DNA from: a virus
Lineage: Duplodnaviria > Caudoviricetes
Strand: one strand, 5' to 3'
Virus record (IMG/VR): IMGVR_UViG_3300037493_003821
Span: 1 to 58,277 of that record
DNA length: 58,277 nt
The position numbers were made by a program, and so were the translations under genes. Shown here in pieces: positions 20,091 to 29,148 of the stretch (position 1 is its first letter; every line of letters begins with the position of its first letter). Below the pieces are notes generated by a model, which saw only the letters and a list, made by a program, of their open reading frames with translations, made no database searches and was not told where the DNA came from.

Positions 20091-21388
20091 GCGACAAGAC
20101 CTACCTTCCCGACATCCACCGGATGCTCCCGCAATCCGAGGAAGCCGAAAAAGGGGTGCTATCGTGCTTGGTTCTATCGCCAAACGAGGTAGGCGCGATA
20201 TGCAGCAAAATGGGCATTGACGCGAAGCATTTCCTGATTCCCTCTCACTCCCTGCTGTTCAGAGCGGCAACTGCGCTATGGAAAGCTGGAAAACCACTAG
20301 ACTTCATCACCCTAACTCAATTCCTCCGCGACAAGGGTAAGCTGGATCAAGCGGGTGGGGCTGCTGCCGTATCTTCCCTGTTCACGTTCCTGCCGACTGC
20401 CGCTAACGCTGAATACTATCTCGGATTACTCACAGAAAAGGCGATTGCCCGCGCTTTGATTCATCTCGGCACAAAGTATGCCTCTAAAGCGTATGACGAG
20501 CAGGGTGGGGTTAATGCGCTCGCCGCTGAACTGCACAGGGAAGTCTGTGAACTGCTAGGACAGGGCAGGATCAAGGATCAGCCGATAAAGGAAGTGCTGA
20601 AAGAGATTTTGCAGGAGATAGCCAGCGGAAAGGAGGACGAATCGAATCTACCAACCTACATCCCGGCACTCGATCAGAACCTAAAGCTCTATCGCTCTGA
20701 CTTTGTAGCTATCAAGGGTGGAACGGGATCGGGTAAATCCTCTCTAGGGTCACAGATTATCGTTGAGACGGCTATCAGGGGTAGCAATAACCTGTTTTTC
20801 CCGTTGGAGATGAGCGCGAAGCAATGCCTTAAACGGGCGATCGCGGGCATCAGCGGTCACAACATGGAGGCTGCGCGGTTTCAGATGAAGGTTGCGCTTA
20901 GGACAGGCGATATGTCAGGGACGCAGGAGATGCAGAGGGATGTAGCTAATGCCGTGCAACAGCTTATATCGAGCAACCTGCGTATGCCGAAGTCGTGCCG
21001 CACACTCAACTCGATTATCGGGGAGTGCCGTAGCGCGAATGCAGAGAAGCAGCTTGATTTTGTCCTGATAGACTACATCCAGTTGCTTCATATCGAGGGC
21101 ACATTCTCATCCCGCCAACTCTCCATCGGTCACGCGACTCAGACGTTGAAGCGGCTGGCCGATGAACTCAAGTGCATCATCATCACCCCGTCTCAGGTGA
21201 ACAAGGATGGAGTCAGCAGGGAAGCAGCGGACATCGAGAACGACGCAAACAGTGTAATCGCCATTGACTACAACAAGGATGACGGGGAGCGCAAGATACG
21301 CATAGACAAGCAGCGCGAGGGTGCATCGGGTATCGAGATACCGCTGGAATGGAATGGGCCTTTAACCAAGTTTGAGCCTATAAAATAA
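20087..21388 (+). CDS. dnaB: Replicative DnaB-like helicase
   Basis: PQSEEAEKGVL N-domain, GTGSGKS, IDYIQL, SQVN, IENDA, KQREG. Confidence 0.92.
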   Translation: MSDKTYLPDIHRMLPQSEEAEKGVLSCLVLSPNEVGAICSKMGIDAKHFLIPSHSLLFRAATALWKAGKPLDFITLTQFLRDKGKLDQAGGAAAVSSLFTFLPTAANAEYYLGLLTEKAIARALIHLGTKYASKAYDEQGGVNALAAELHREVCELLGQGRIKDQPIKEVLKEILQEIASGKEDESNLPTYIPALDQNLKLYRSDFVAIKGGTGSGKSSLGSQIIVETAIRGSNNLFFPLEMSAKQCLKRAIAGISGHNMEAARFQMKVALRTGDMSGTQEMQRDVANAVQQLISSNLRMPKSCRTLNSIIGECRSANAEKQLDFVLIDYIQLLHIEGTFSSRQLSIGHATQTLKRLADELKCIIITPSQVNKDGVSREAADIENDANSVIAIDYNKDDGERKIRIDKQREGASGIEIPLEWNGPLTKFEPIK

Positions 21389-21651
21389 TGAACACATACA
21401 TCATAGATTGGGGCGCGGGAGCCGATGGCGGAAGATACGCGCTGATCCAAGCAAAAACGATAAAACAGGCAATAGTGGATGCCGATCAAGTCGGCTGGCC
21501 TTTCACGATTGCGGAACTCAAGATTCCGGTGGGCTTAGGAATCCGCTACATGGAAATAGATAAACCCCGTGATCGCTATTCTGGTGCGAAGCTGTCAGAC
21601 ATCAAAATGCAGGATGCCGACTCTTGGATCAAAGACAAGCCGACAGCATGA
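21388..21651 (+). CDS. Hypothetical protein
   Basis: Coupled ORF. Confidence 0.5.
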   Translation: MNTYIIDWGAGADGGRYALIQAKTIKQAIVDADQVGWPFTIAELKIPVGLGIRYMEIDKPRDRYSGAKLSDIKMQDADSWIKDKPTA

Positions 21652-21809
21652 AAAGGAATTGGACGGAAATAATCTGCGATGGATGCGGTTGCGCTGAACA
21701 CTTTTCGCCTTCATGCTGGAAGCAATGCGCCCGCGAAATCGGATGGATAATAACCGCAAAAGGAAACCACTACTGCTCTAAGAAGTGTAAGAAACTTCCC
21801 CAAAAATGA
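21648..21809 (+). CDS. Small Cys-rich protein
   Basis: CDGCG...AREIGW...HYCSKKC. Confidence 0.55.
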   Translation: MKRNWTEIICDGCGCAEHFSPSCWKQCAREIGWIITAKGNHYCSKKCKKLPQK

Positions 21810-22345
21810 ACATCAAGTTTTCAAGAGAATGGGAAATGCCGTCGCATGATACACTGAGTATTCATCCGATTACGTGCTTTGCGATGCGCTACTTGCACGG
21901 TAGCGGGGTTTCCGTTGATCCGTTTGCTCGCAACTCTAGGCTGGCGACATACAGAAACGACTTGAACCCTGATACTGCGGCTGAGTATCACATGGATGCT
22001 TTAGAGTTTCTGTCCATGTTGGATGGGCGCGGCGTTAAGGCTGATGTAGTTATTTTTGATCCGCCTTATAGCTCAAGGCAAGTCGCGGAATGCTACGCGC
22101 AGGTTGGCAGGAAAACCACGCAAGAGGATACACAAGGCAAAAGCTGGAAGGATTGGAAGGCGGCTATCGTTCCTATCTGTGCAGATGGTGCGGTTGTGCT
22201 TTCATTCGGTTGGAACACTAACGGGATGGGCAAGAAGCTGGGCTTTGAGATAATCGAGATAATGAATGTTGCACATGGCGGGGTGCATAACGACACTATC
22301 TGCGTTGCGGAACGGATGCTGCCGAAAGAACAGATACTTCTATGA
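21806..22345 (+). CDS. Small amino-(adenine) DNA methyltransferase-like protein
   Basis: VDPFA (motif I), NDLNP, IFDPPYS (motif IV). Confidence 0.75.
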   Translation: MNIKFSREWEMPSHDTLSIHPITCFAMRYLHGSGVSVDPFARNSRLATYRNDLNPDTAAEYHMDALEFLSMLDGRGVKADVVIFDPPYSSRQVAECYAQVGRKTTQEDTQGKSWKDWKAAIVPICADGAVVLSFGWNTNGMGKKLGFEIIEIMNVAHGGVHNDTICVAERMLPKEQILL

Positions 22346-22719
22346 ACCCGCACACGATTAAACGCTTATTCCCAAACGCCTCTGCATCACTGATACAAGC
22401 CAACCTACAAGACTATGGACAAGCTCACACTGAAAATCCCCGGACGACTGCCAAGCCTAAATGCTCTATTGGGAATGAATCACTGGAGAAGGGCAAAGGA
22501 GAAAAAGCGGTATCTGGAAGAGTTCATTTCTGCATTATTTCTGTCAGAAAACGCCTTATCGATCCCGATAATCTTGTGCCGAAGTTCTACATTGACGCTT
22601 GCCGACGCTTGCGCCTTGTTGCGGGAGATGAGCACGACAAAATCACGCTCGAAACCGCGCAAAGGAAAGCGGCGAAAGGCGAAGCGGAATACACTGAAAT
22701 AACCATAACATATCCATGA
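22342..22719 (+). CDS. RusA-like resolvase catalytic (C-terminal) part
   Basis: RKRLIDPDNLVPKFYID...GD...EITI matches the RusA DxDN..K...D...D pattern. Confidence 0.65.
   Translation: MNPHTIKRLFPNASASLIQANLQDYGQAHTENPRTTAKPKCSIGNESLEKGKGEKAVSGRVHFCIISVRKRLIDPDNLVPKFYIDACRRLRLVAGDEHDKITLETAQRKAAKGEAEYTEITITYP
22415..22702 (+). CDS. Nested alternative-frame ORF carrying a RusA-like N-terminal part
   Basis: LTLKIPGRLPSLN...HWRRAKEKK resembles the RusA beta1-PSxN-helix1. Confidence 0.5.
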   Translation: MDKLTLKIPGRLPSLNALLGMNHWRRAKEKKRYLEEFISALFLSENALSIPIILCRSSTLTLADACALLREMSTTKSRSKPRKGKRRKAKRNTLK

Positions 22720-23069
22720 AATACACTATAACCAAATCATTCCGCTTTGAAGCGGCTCACTCACTCCCGCATCTGCCGGAAACTCATCAATGTCACCGAT
22801 GCCACGGGCACAGCTACGAAGTCATTATCGGAGTAACCGGGGCGATTGTGAATGAGTGGGTGCAGGATTATGCCGATATATCTGGCATGGTTAAGCCTCT
22901 GATTGACTCGCTCGACCATCGCAACATCAACGACATCCTGCCGTGCGCTACGACGGCGGAAAATCTCGCTTTGTGGCTATGGGAAAAGCTCAAGCCCGTT
23001 CTGCCTCTGTTATCGCTCATCGAAGTAAGGGAAACGCCAACATCCAATGTCATTCTGACCAATGAATAA
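22716..23069 (+). CDS. queD: 6-carboxytetrahydropterin synthase
   Basis: FEAAH, CxxxHGHSY, LDH, TAENLA, VRET. Confidence 0.93.
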   Translation: MKYTITKSFRFEAAHSLPHLPETHQCHRCHGHSYEVIIGVTGAIVNEWVQDYADISGMVKPLIDSLDHRNINDILPCATTAENLALWLWEKLKPVLPLLSLIEVRETPTSNVILTNE

Positions 23070-23688
23070 TCATCAACCGAGAACGCCAGATAGATACATT
23101 CACCTGTTCAGTGGTGGGTTGGATTCCACCGTTTTGCTCTACGACATCATTGCTCGCGGAGATACGGTGGAGTGCCTGCTATTCAACTACAACCAGCGGC
23201 ACGCCAAGGAACTCGACTTCGCACAGGCTACTTGCGTTAAGCTAGGCGTGAAATACAGCGTGCTTAGACTTCCGCATCAGCTATTCACGCGATCCGCGCT
23301 TGCCGGACGCGCATTGAAGGTGGATGAACTCAGCGGAAGCTCAACGGTTGTCCCTAACCGCAATATGGTCTTTATCAGCATGGCGACAAGCTATGCGCTA
23401 TCCACTGGCGCGAATATGGTATCGTGGGCCGTCAATTCAGACGATTCCAAGGTTTATCCAGACTGCCGCCTTGCGTTCTATAATCAGATACGGTTCGCAA
23501 TCGAGAAGTGCGATAATACCTTAGTCCTGCTACGCGCACCATTTTTGTCGAAAACTAAAGCGGAAGTTGTCGCTTTAGGTAAAACCCTTGGCGTGCCATT
23601 CGATGAAACGTGGTCGTGCTACGCCGGAAACGACACGCCTTGCGGTGAGTGCGGGGCGTGTAAGGTAAGAGAAACCGCAATGCTATGA
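23062..23688 (+). CDS. queC: 7-cyano-7-deazaguanine synthase
   Basis: SGGLDS, VPNRN, YPDCR, TWSCY..PCGECGAC. Confidence 0.95.
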   Translation: MNNHQPRTPDRYIHLFSGGLDSTVLLYDIIARGDTVECLLFNYNQRHAKELDFAQATCVKLGVKYSVLRLPHQLFTRSALAGRALKVDELSGSSTVVPNRNMVFISMATSYALSTGANMVSWAVNSDDSKVYPDCRLAFYNQIRFAIEKCDNTLVLLRAPFLSKTKAEVVALGKTLGVPFDETWSCYAGNDTPCGECGACKVRETAML

Positions 23689-24320
23689 TCGTGATGCCTG
23701 CGGACAACAACAATATGTATTGTGGATTTCTCGCCGGGAAATACGAGGGGCGTATTGCGTGGTTGATGACCGCTCATCGCAAGTGGAAAAATCCTAAGTG
23801 GTGGATGGATTGGGCGTTAGATAACGGGGCGTTTCCGGCATGGGAAAACAAGACGCCTTTTGATTTCGATAAGTTCTATTCGACACTTGAAGAATCCCGA
23901 AGGGTTAAGCGTCCGCGATGGGTTGTCGTGCCTGACTGCGTAGCGAATAGAGCGGAAACGCTAAGGCTATGGGGCGAACACGCATCAAGGGTCGCCGAGT
24001 ATGGATACCCGTTGGCTTTCGTAGCGCAAGACGGCATGACTCCTGACGATATACCGAGCAATGCCGATGTCGTGTTTATTGGCGGGACAACGCATTGGAA
24101 GTGGACTAACTTAAAAGCCTTCACATCCTCATTTCCGAGAATCCACGTTGGCAGGGTTGGCAGCGAAAGGATGCTCTGGATGGCGCATGAAGCTGGCGCG
24201 GAGTCCTGCGATTCTAGCGGCTGGTTCCGAGAAGGCGATAATCTCAACAGGGTTGGCGGGCTGGTCAATTATCTGGAAGAATCTACAAATGGAAAAAGGC
24301 AGCAACTACTACAACTATGA
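23685..24320 (+). CDS. Compact TGT-fold DpdA-like DNA-guanine transglycosylase
   Basis: WALDNGAF, VVPD, FIGG, HVGRV, SCDSSGW; directly after queC. Confidence 0.7.
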   Translation: MIVMPADNNNMYCGFLAGKYEGRIAWLMTAHRKWKNPKWWMDWALDNGAFPAWENKTPFDFDKFYSTLEESRRVKRPRWVVVPDCVANRAETLRLWGEHASRVAEYGYPLAFVAQDGMTPDDIPSNADVVFIGGTTHWKWTNLKAFTSSFPRIHVGRVGSERMLWMAHEAGAESCDSSGWFREGDNLNRVGGLVNYLEESTNGKRQQLLQL

Positions 24321-24541
24321 ACGAACTATTCACCCTACCCCCGTCACAGCCTTCACCCCTGCAATCCGCTCGACGCGCATTAGCTGATGCTGAACGCGAT
24401 TACGCTGCCGAGCGCGAACGCTGGAAAGAAAACTCGGTTGAACTTGAGCCGTATCGTCGCGCTGTGAACCGATACTCAGAACTCGTTAAAGCCGAAGAAC
24501 TTAAAGAACTTAATAACCGCGCTGTGCATTCAGCACTTTGA
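24317..24541 (+). CDS. Hypothetical protein
   Basis: ATGA-coupled helical ORF. Confidence 0.5.
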   Translation: MNELFTLPPSQPSPLQSARRALADAERDYAAERERWKENSVELEPYRRAVNRYSELVKAEELKELNNRAVHSAL

Positions 24542-24619
24542 TTGAATTGAGTCTGGGTAAAGAAACAAATCGATCAAACACTTGCATCCTAACGGGTGGG
24601 TGGCGCGACCTCTTTTTAC

Positions 24620-24922
24620 ATGAAAAAGCCAAAGCAGGAGGGTGATTTCGTAGCACAGTTCAACGCCTCAAAGCCTAAGCTCTCCGATTTCCTTAGAAAG
24701 CATGACGTATGCACCTACTACTCGAAAAACTGGACAATCGGTAACCCGTGGATCGCGTGGTTCAATCACCCCGCATCCGATCCAGAGCATCGCAGCTTCG
24801 TGCAACTTGTGGACAGATACAGCATGGAAGCGTGCGCCCGGCGCAACCTGTGCGCCACTGGCAGGGATAAGGAGGATGCTTGCAGGAATCTAGCGAGGAT
24901 CAACGGGCTGACATTCCCGTAA
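24620..24922 (+). CDS. Hypothetical protein
   Basis: ORF from ATG 24620. Confidence 0.5.
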   Translation: MKKPKQEGDFVAQFNASKPKLSDFLRKHDVCTYYSKNWTIGNPWIAWFNHPASDPEHRSFVQLVDRYSMEACARRNLCATGRDKEDACRNLARINGLTFP

Positions 24923-25143
24923 TCCGCATCTACGGCAACGGGCTGTTCTTCGTCCACTCGACTAACAGCGGGAAGGACTATCTCGTTGATCTGTCTGATC
25001 CAGAGTGGCCGGACGGTCAGTGCGATTGCGCCCATTTCCGCTATGTGCTGTATCCGCTGATCGTGCGCGGGCTGCCCCCGGCGAACAAGGCTTGCAAGCA
25101 TATTGAAGCTGTGATTGAATCGGGTCTATGGAAAAAGACATAA
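24880..25143 (+). CDS. SWIM zinc-finger protein (start uncertain)
   Basis: YLVDL...CDCAHF...CKHI. Confidence 0.65.
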   Translation: MQESSEDQRADIPVIRIYGNGLFFVHSTNSGKDYLVDLSDPEWPDGQCDCAHFRYVLYPLIVRGLPPANKACKHIEAVIESGLWKKT

Positions 25144-25652
25144 CTCCTTCGCCTGTCCCCGCCAGATCGGAATACTCGGATGAGCAGAAAGACGCGCTCA
25201 AGGTCTTGGTGATTGAGATCGGAGTTACGGCTACCAGCAACCGTCTCAAGATTCCCCGCACTACCCTGCAATCGTGGGTGGATCGTTACGGCTGGCTCAA
25301 GGACATCCCGAAGCACCTGTTGCCGAAGCGTCGGCGGAACAAGATGCCGATGAAGCCGAGTGACGCGCTGGTGCAGGAGTTCAAGGAACTGGATGGAGAT
25401 TCGCGGATCAACTTGGCGCGAGGACTGAACAAGGGTGCGCGAGCAATCGGGAAAATGAATGGAACGGAAGTCGTGGAAAAAGCAACCGAAGTTAAATCCG
25501 TGGTGCAGAGCATCGCCCTTACCCATGCTTGGGATTCCACTCGTCCAGTGAATAAGGTGTCGCTCTCGATCACGGGTAACGGCAAGGCGATTGAGGGTGC
25601 GATAGATGCGGAGTGGAGCGAGATCGGAGAGTCGAATCTGTTGGAGGATTAA
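25128..25652 (+). CDS. HTH protein, candidate terminase small subunit
   Basis: YSDEQK...LKIPRTTLQSW HTH, helical core, beta tail ending IDAEW. Confidence 0.5.
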   Translation: MEKDITPSPVPARSEYSDEQKDALKVLVIEIGVTATSNRLKIPRTTLQSWVDRYGWLKDIPKHLLPKRRRNKMPMKPSDALVQEFKELDGDSRINLARGLNKGARAIGKMNGTEVVEKATEVKSVVQSIALTHAWDSTRPVNKVSLSITGNGKAIEGAIDAEWSEIGESNLLED

Positions 25653-25659
25653 ACGGGAA

Positions 25660-25693
25660 TCGCCCCGCCCATGTCGAGACACAGACGGGGCGA
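25660..25693. terminator. Hairpin between convergent transcription units
   Basis: TCGCCCCG / CGGGGCGA stem; no clear U tract. Confidence 0.45.
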
Positions 25694-25716
25694 CTATCCA
25701 TCACCACAATGAAAGG

Positions 25717-25941
25717 TTAAGGTCTGTAAGGAATCATCTCTTTCGGGACATATCCGCCAGCACTTCTAAAGGCTCGCAATGCGCCGTCAATCCACAAACT
25801 ATTTCTTTTCCACTTCCTCCCCGCCAGTTGATAGGTTCGCCAGTTGCTTAATGCCCGATCCCAAGGGATTCCAAGCTCGTATGCGCGAACTCCGGCAACA
25901 CGGTATCCACTGTCGGCATATACGCGCCCGATTATCTTCAT
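25717..25941 (-). CDS. Early hypothetical protein
   Basis: Last ORF of an ATGA-coupled minus-strand chain. Confidence 0.55.
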   Translation of the reverse strand: MKIIGRVYADSGYRVAGVRAYELGIPWDRALSNWRTYQLAGRKWKRNSLWIDGALRAFRSAGGYVPKEMIPYRP

Positions 25942-26087
25942 AGCTCAACCTCCTGCTCTGCTGGTTGCGCGGGTTTTGGCTGCTCGGTTGTCGGGTTGTC
26001 GTTCTCCCCGCCACGCTGTTCAAGTTCTCGTCGGATAGCCTCGGCACGGGCGCGGTTGGTGTCGAGAATGAAGTGTAGCAGGTTCAT
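25938..26087 (-). CDS. Early hypothetical protein (MNLLHF...)
   Basis: ATGA-coupled start at 26087. Confidence 0.5.
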   Translation of the reverse strand: MNLLHFILDTNRARAEAIRRELEQRGGENDNPTTEQPKPAQPAEQEVEL

Positions 26088-26299
26088 GGCTTCACCTCCC
26101 CACCTATGCCTCGCGCTATTGTTGCGGCTGCGATGTCTCGGTTTGTTACCGTCTGCCCCATAAAGGTATGGGTTGCAACATATCGGATTGAAACGATCTC
26201 CCCTGCCAGATTCCGGGTTGTCAGCATATCGGTCACGGTGCATTCGGTTGCGTGCTTGCCTATCGGCGTGAACTTTGTGCCTATTGGATAATGGTTCAT
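26084..26299 (-). CDS. Early conserved hypothetical protein
   Basis: YPIGTKF...RYVATHTFMGQ; coupled. Confidence 0.6.
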   Translation of the reverse strand: MNHYPIGTKFTPIGKHATECTVTDMLTTRNLAGEIVSIRYVATHTFMGQTVTNRDIAAATIARGIGGEVKP

Positions 26300-26997
26300 G
26301 CCGCTACCTCCTGTAAAGCTGCTACGGTGTTCTGCAATTCCTCGACTAACGCGCCAATCGGGGCTGCAACTCTTACCCTGCGCCCCATTTCCACGGCTAC
26401 GCTGTAAGGGTGGATAGCAACGCCTACGGGATGCCCGATTGCGCGCTTCCTGCTCCCCGCCTTAGGCTTTTTACGGGTAATCGGTGGTGGTAGTGCCTGT
26501 CCCCGCCTTTCGTCTCCTAGCATCCCGTCTGTGAGTCCCGCAATGAATTGCCGTTTCACGTTTGCTTCTACTCCCGGTGTCTTGGCGAACTCCTGCCATA
26601 GTCGGGCGAAACTTTTGCCGATGGATTCCGCGAGTCGGCGCAAGCCGGGCATCGCGGATCGGGGTGAGGCTATGCGGACTTCCAACTTTACCCCTGCATA
26701 ACGGAAGCTCCCCGCCAATCCTAGTTGGCTTTCAAACGCCCACTTGATTGCTGAGGCTATATCCCCATCAGCATCGGGTAACTCGATCAGCGGGTGCGCT
26801 TCTCCAAGATTGCACCGGGGAAAGGTGAAGCCGGAAAAGATGTCGCCGGATGCTTCGGGTTCCGTTGTGAAGTCGTAACGGGTGCAAAGCTTGGCGAGTT
26901 TCACCTTTGCGCTTTCTCGCTCTCCATCGGTTCCGCGCTCGGCTAGTGCCGTTAGCTTCGCGTGGAGTGTCCAGGCTTTTGGGGTTGCGGGGTTCAT
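26296..26997 (-). CDS. DUF2786-like protein
   Basis: N-terminal KLTALAERGTDGERESAKVKLAKL pattern. Confidence 0.55.
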   Translation of the reverse strand: MNPATPKAWTLHAKLTALAERGTDGERESAKVKLAKLCTRYDFTTEPEASGDIFSGFTFPRCNLGEAHPLIELPDADGDIASAIKWAFESQLGLAGSFRYAGVKLEVRIASPRSAMPGLRRLAESIGKSFARLWQEFAKTPGVEANVKRQFIAGLTDGMLGDERRGQALPPPITRKKPKAGSRKRAIGHPVGVAIHPYSVAVEMGRRVRVAAPIGALVEELQNTVAALQEVAA

Positions 26998-27407
26998 GGT
27001 CTTGCCTCCTGTATCGTCTGAGCATCATCCGGGAATAGCCGCGCAAGGGTTACGGGTTCCCAGCGTCCGCCCCTGCTTTCGTGTAGCCTGTCGTGCAACC
27101 ATTGGTGACGCTCCTTGATCGTTAGCGTTCGCCCTTCGCGGAAGTCATTCACGAATGCCCCCGCCGCTTCTTTGACGTATAAGCCGATGTCGCATTTCTG
27201 CGCTTCCGGGCTGAGTCGTTCAAGTAAATCGGTGAAGTGCTGGCGCGGTGTGGTTTTCGGTCTGTCCCTCACGTCCTGAGCGTGTCGGCGGGCCTTGTCT
27301 GCTAGGTCCTGCGCTGCGGTTTCCCTGTTACGCTGATCTGTGTATCGTATGCCGTCGCGTATTTCGCGGGCTAGGGTGTCGGCTTGTCGGGTTTGTGCGG
27401 TGATCAT
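26994..27407 (-). CDS. Early hypothetical protein
   Basis: ATGA-coupled start MITAQ at 27407. Confidence 0.5.
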   Translation of the reverse strand: MITAQTRQADTLAREIRDGIRYTDQRNRETAAQDLADKARRHAQDVRDRPKTTPRQHFTDLLERLSPEAQKCDIGLYVKEAAGAFVNDFREGRTLTIKERHQWLHDRLHESRGGRWEPVTLARLFPDDAQTIQEARP

Positions 27408-27982
27408 TTGGTCGCTCCTTTCAAAGCTGTGCGGGCTGCTTCCCAAGCTACGTGGATCGCGCTTCCCTTGTGCTCCGGTAGTATTTCGGGCGGGAAATCG
27501 TATTTGGTGAACTCAACTTGACGGCAAAAATTTTCGAGCGCATCCCGCAACGCCTTGATCTCTGCTTCCGGATCGGTCATCCCGGCGCAAGCGTTCACGC
27601 ACGCGCAGATGCGGGCGGCGTTTGCGTATTCGCTCTCCCCGCCTGGCATCTGCTCAAGTTTCGCAACGCATAGGCTGCGCTTGTCGAGTATCCGCCAACT
27701 CTTAAAAGTGCGCGGGCCATCGGAATTATAGCAACGCCACGGTTCCGGTGAATGCTCCGGCGTGTGCGAAGGTGAAGCGGGCGCGGTGTCCCCGCCAACG
27801 GCGCGATCTGTTGTGGCGTCTCCCGTGATCTGCTGATAGCTTTTCTGTGTTGGCTCCTCGATGATCTCGCCGTCGAGACCTAGCTGCCGCGCTTCCCTGC
27901 TGTCTGCTTCGGCGGCGGCGCGTGTTGTCGCGGTGCTATATGGCGGCATTCCCGCCTTGCTGGTTATGGTGTAGGTTGTCAT
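27404..27982 (-). CDS. Early protein with HT/SPxPW...ANARxI type C-domain
   Basis: HSPEPW, ANAARICACVNACAG. Confidence 0.6.
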   Translation of the reverse strand: MTTYTITSKAGMPPYSTATTRAAAEADSREARQLGLDGEIIEEPTQKSYQQITGDATTDRAVGGDTAPASPSHTPEHSPEPWRCYNSDGPRTFKSWRILDKRSLCVAKLEQMPGGESEYANAARICACVNACAGMTDPEAEIKALRDALENFCRQVEFTKYDFPPEILPEHKGSAIHVAWEAARTALKGATK

Positions 27983-28089
27983 TTTGTGGTGATGTGGTGT
28001 TGTTGGTTGTTTAGTGCTGGGGTGAAAGGGTTTTGTGGTAGGTGTTCGGTGCTAGTTGTGCGGTCGGTGCGTCGGTGCTGGGTGCGCGT

Positions 28090-28308
28090 TCATCGTGTAG
28101 CCTCTTGTGCCTTTTTCTCTAGTGCGTCGGCAATCCTGTTGCGCATCTCGCGGCGTTTGCGGGTGTAGCGTTCGGGGGTTCCGCGCATTACTCCGTAGCT
28201 GTAAGCAAGCCCCGCCTGCGTTATCAGCTCAAAGGTGGAAACGTGGTTCACGTCGTCGTAATTGCATCGGAAAATTACGGCAAGGTTGTGCAGGTCGTGT
28301 GATTTCAT
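28090..28308 (-). CDS. Early hypothetical protein
   Basis: ATG preceded by a CA-rich leader. Confidence 0.55.
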   Translation of the reverse strand: MKSHDLHNLAVIFRCNYDDVNHVSTFELITQAGLAYSYGVMRGTPERYTRKRREMRNRIADALEKKAQEATR

Positions 28309-28334
28309 GGTTGTGATGTGGTGATGATGTTGGT

Positions 28335-28595
28335 CTATGGGTTCAGTTTTTGGATCGAGTGAAAGCCCCAGCGGTGGAATCCGTTCCTTCCAATTAAGAT
28401 TTCAACACTGTCGCCGCTGCGCTTTACGTGGGCCCCGCATTTGTAGCGGGCGCGAATTGCTCTCTTGGCATCCCTGATCATGAGGTTGAGTTCGTCGCGG
28501 GCTTCGCGGAGTGTGGCGAAGGTCGGGCAGCTTTCGTATCCTTGGGATAAAAGAATAAACTGCGATTTAGTTCTGATCGGCGTTGTCGTGTGCAT
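28335..28595 (-). CDS. Early hypothetical protein (MHTTTPIRT)
   Basis: CA-rich leader; shared N-terminus. Confidence 0.6.
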   Translation of the reverse strand: MHTTTPIRTKSQFILLSQGYESCPTFATLREARDELNLMIRDAKRAIRARYKCGAHVKRSGDSVEILIGRNGFHRWGFHSIQKLNP

Positions 28596-28689
28596 GGTGT
28601 GGCGATGTGGTGTTGGTTCGGTTGCGGGTTCATCCCGCCCCGCTGCCGCCCTGCTCTCCCTGTCACAGAGAGAAAAGCGGTGTGCGGGG

Positions 28690-29145
28690 CTAGTTGGTGC
28701 CCGTGATCTCCGGTGAGAGGATGCCGTAACCGCCCCAATCCGTGTGCATCTTCACGGCTTCGATTAGTGCGCGGCCTTCGGGTTTCTCGTTGTCAATTTT
28801 CAGCGCGTAGCCTCGCGGATCGCCGTTCACGAAAAAGGCGGGCGGGATAGTGCCGAAAAAGTCCTTGATCCGGTTCTCGATGTAGTCGTGGAAGCGGTCA
28901 AAGGCGTTTTCGTCTGCGCGGAAGTCAAAGCGCAAAGAGTAGCAGGTGAACGCCTCGCCGTTGCACCATGCCGTTGATCCGGCGTGTGCATCGCGTTCAA
29001 GTTGTAGTAGAAAAACACTGATCCGCTTTCCGTCAATCTTCGCGGCGGGCATACCAAGCGCGAACGCGAGGCGTTCACAGGTTGCATAGTGTGCTAGAAG
29101 TTGCGCGGCTCGGCGTTCGCGTTTGTTCGGTGTTTTGGTTTTCAT
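28690..29145 (-). CDS. Early conserved hypothetical protein
   Basis: FVNGDPRGYALKI...TDWGGYGILSPE. Confidence 0.65.
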   Translation of the reverse strand: MKTKTPNKRERRAAQLLAHYATCERLAFALGMPAAKIDGKRISVFLLQLERDAHAGSTAWCNGEAFTCYSLRFDFRADENAFDRFHDYIENRIKDFFGTIPPAFFVNGDPRGYALKIDNEKPEGRALIEAVKMHTDWGGYGILSPEITGTN

Positions 29146-29148
29146 GGT

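Noticed and set aside
15739-25652. Lysogeny module
   Set aside because: No integrase, CI-like repressor or partition genes recognised; only a small RHH protein
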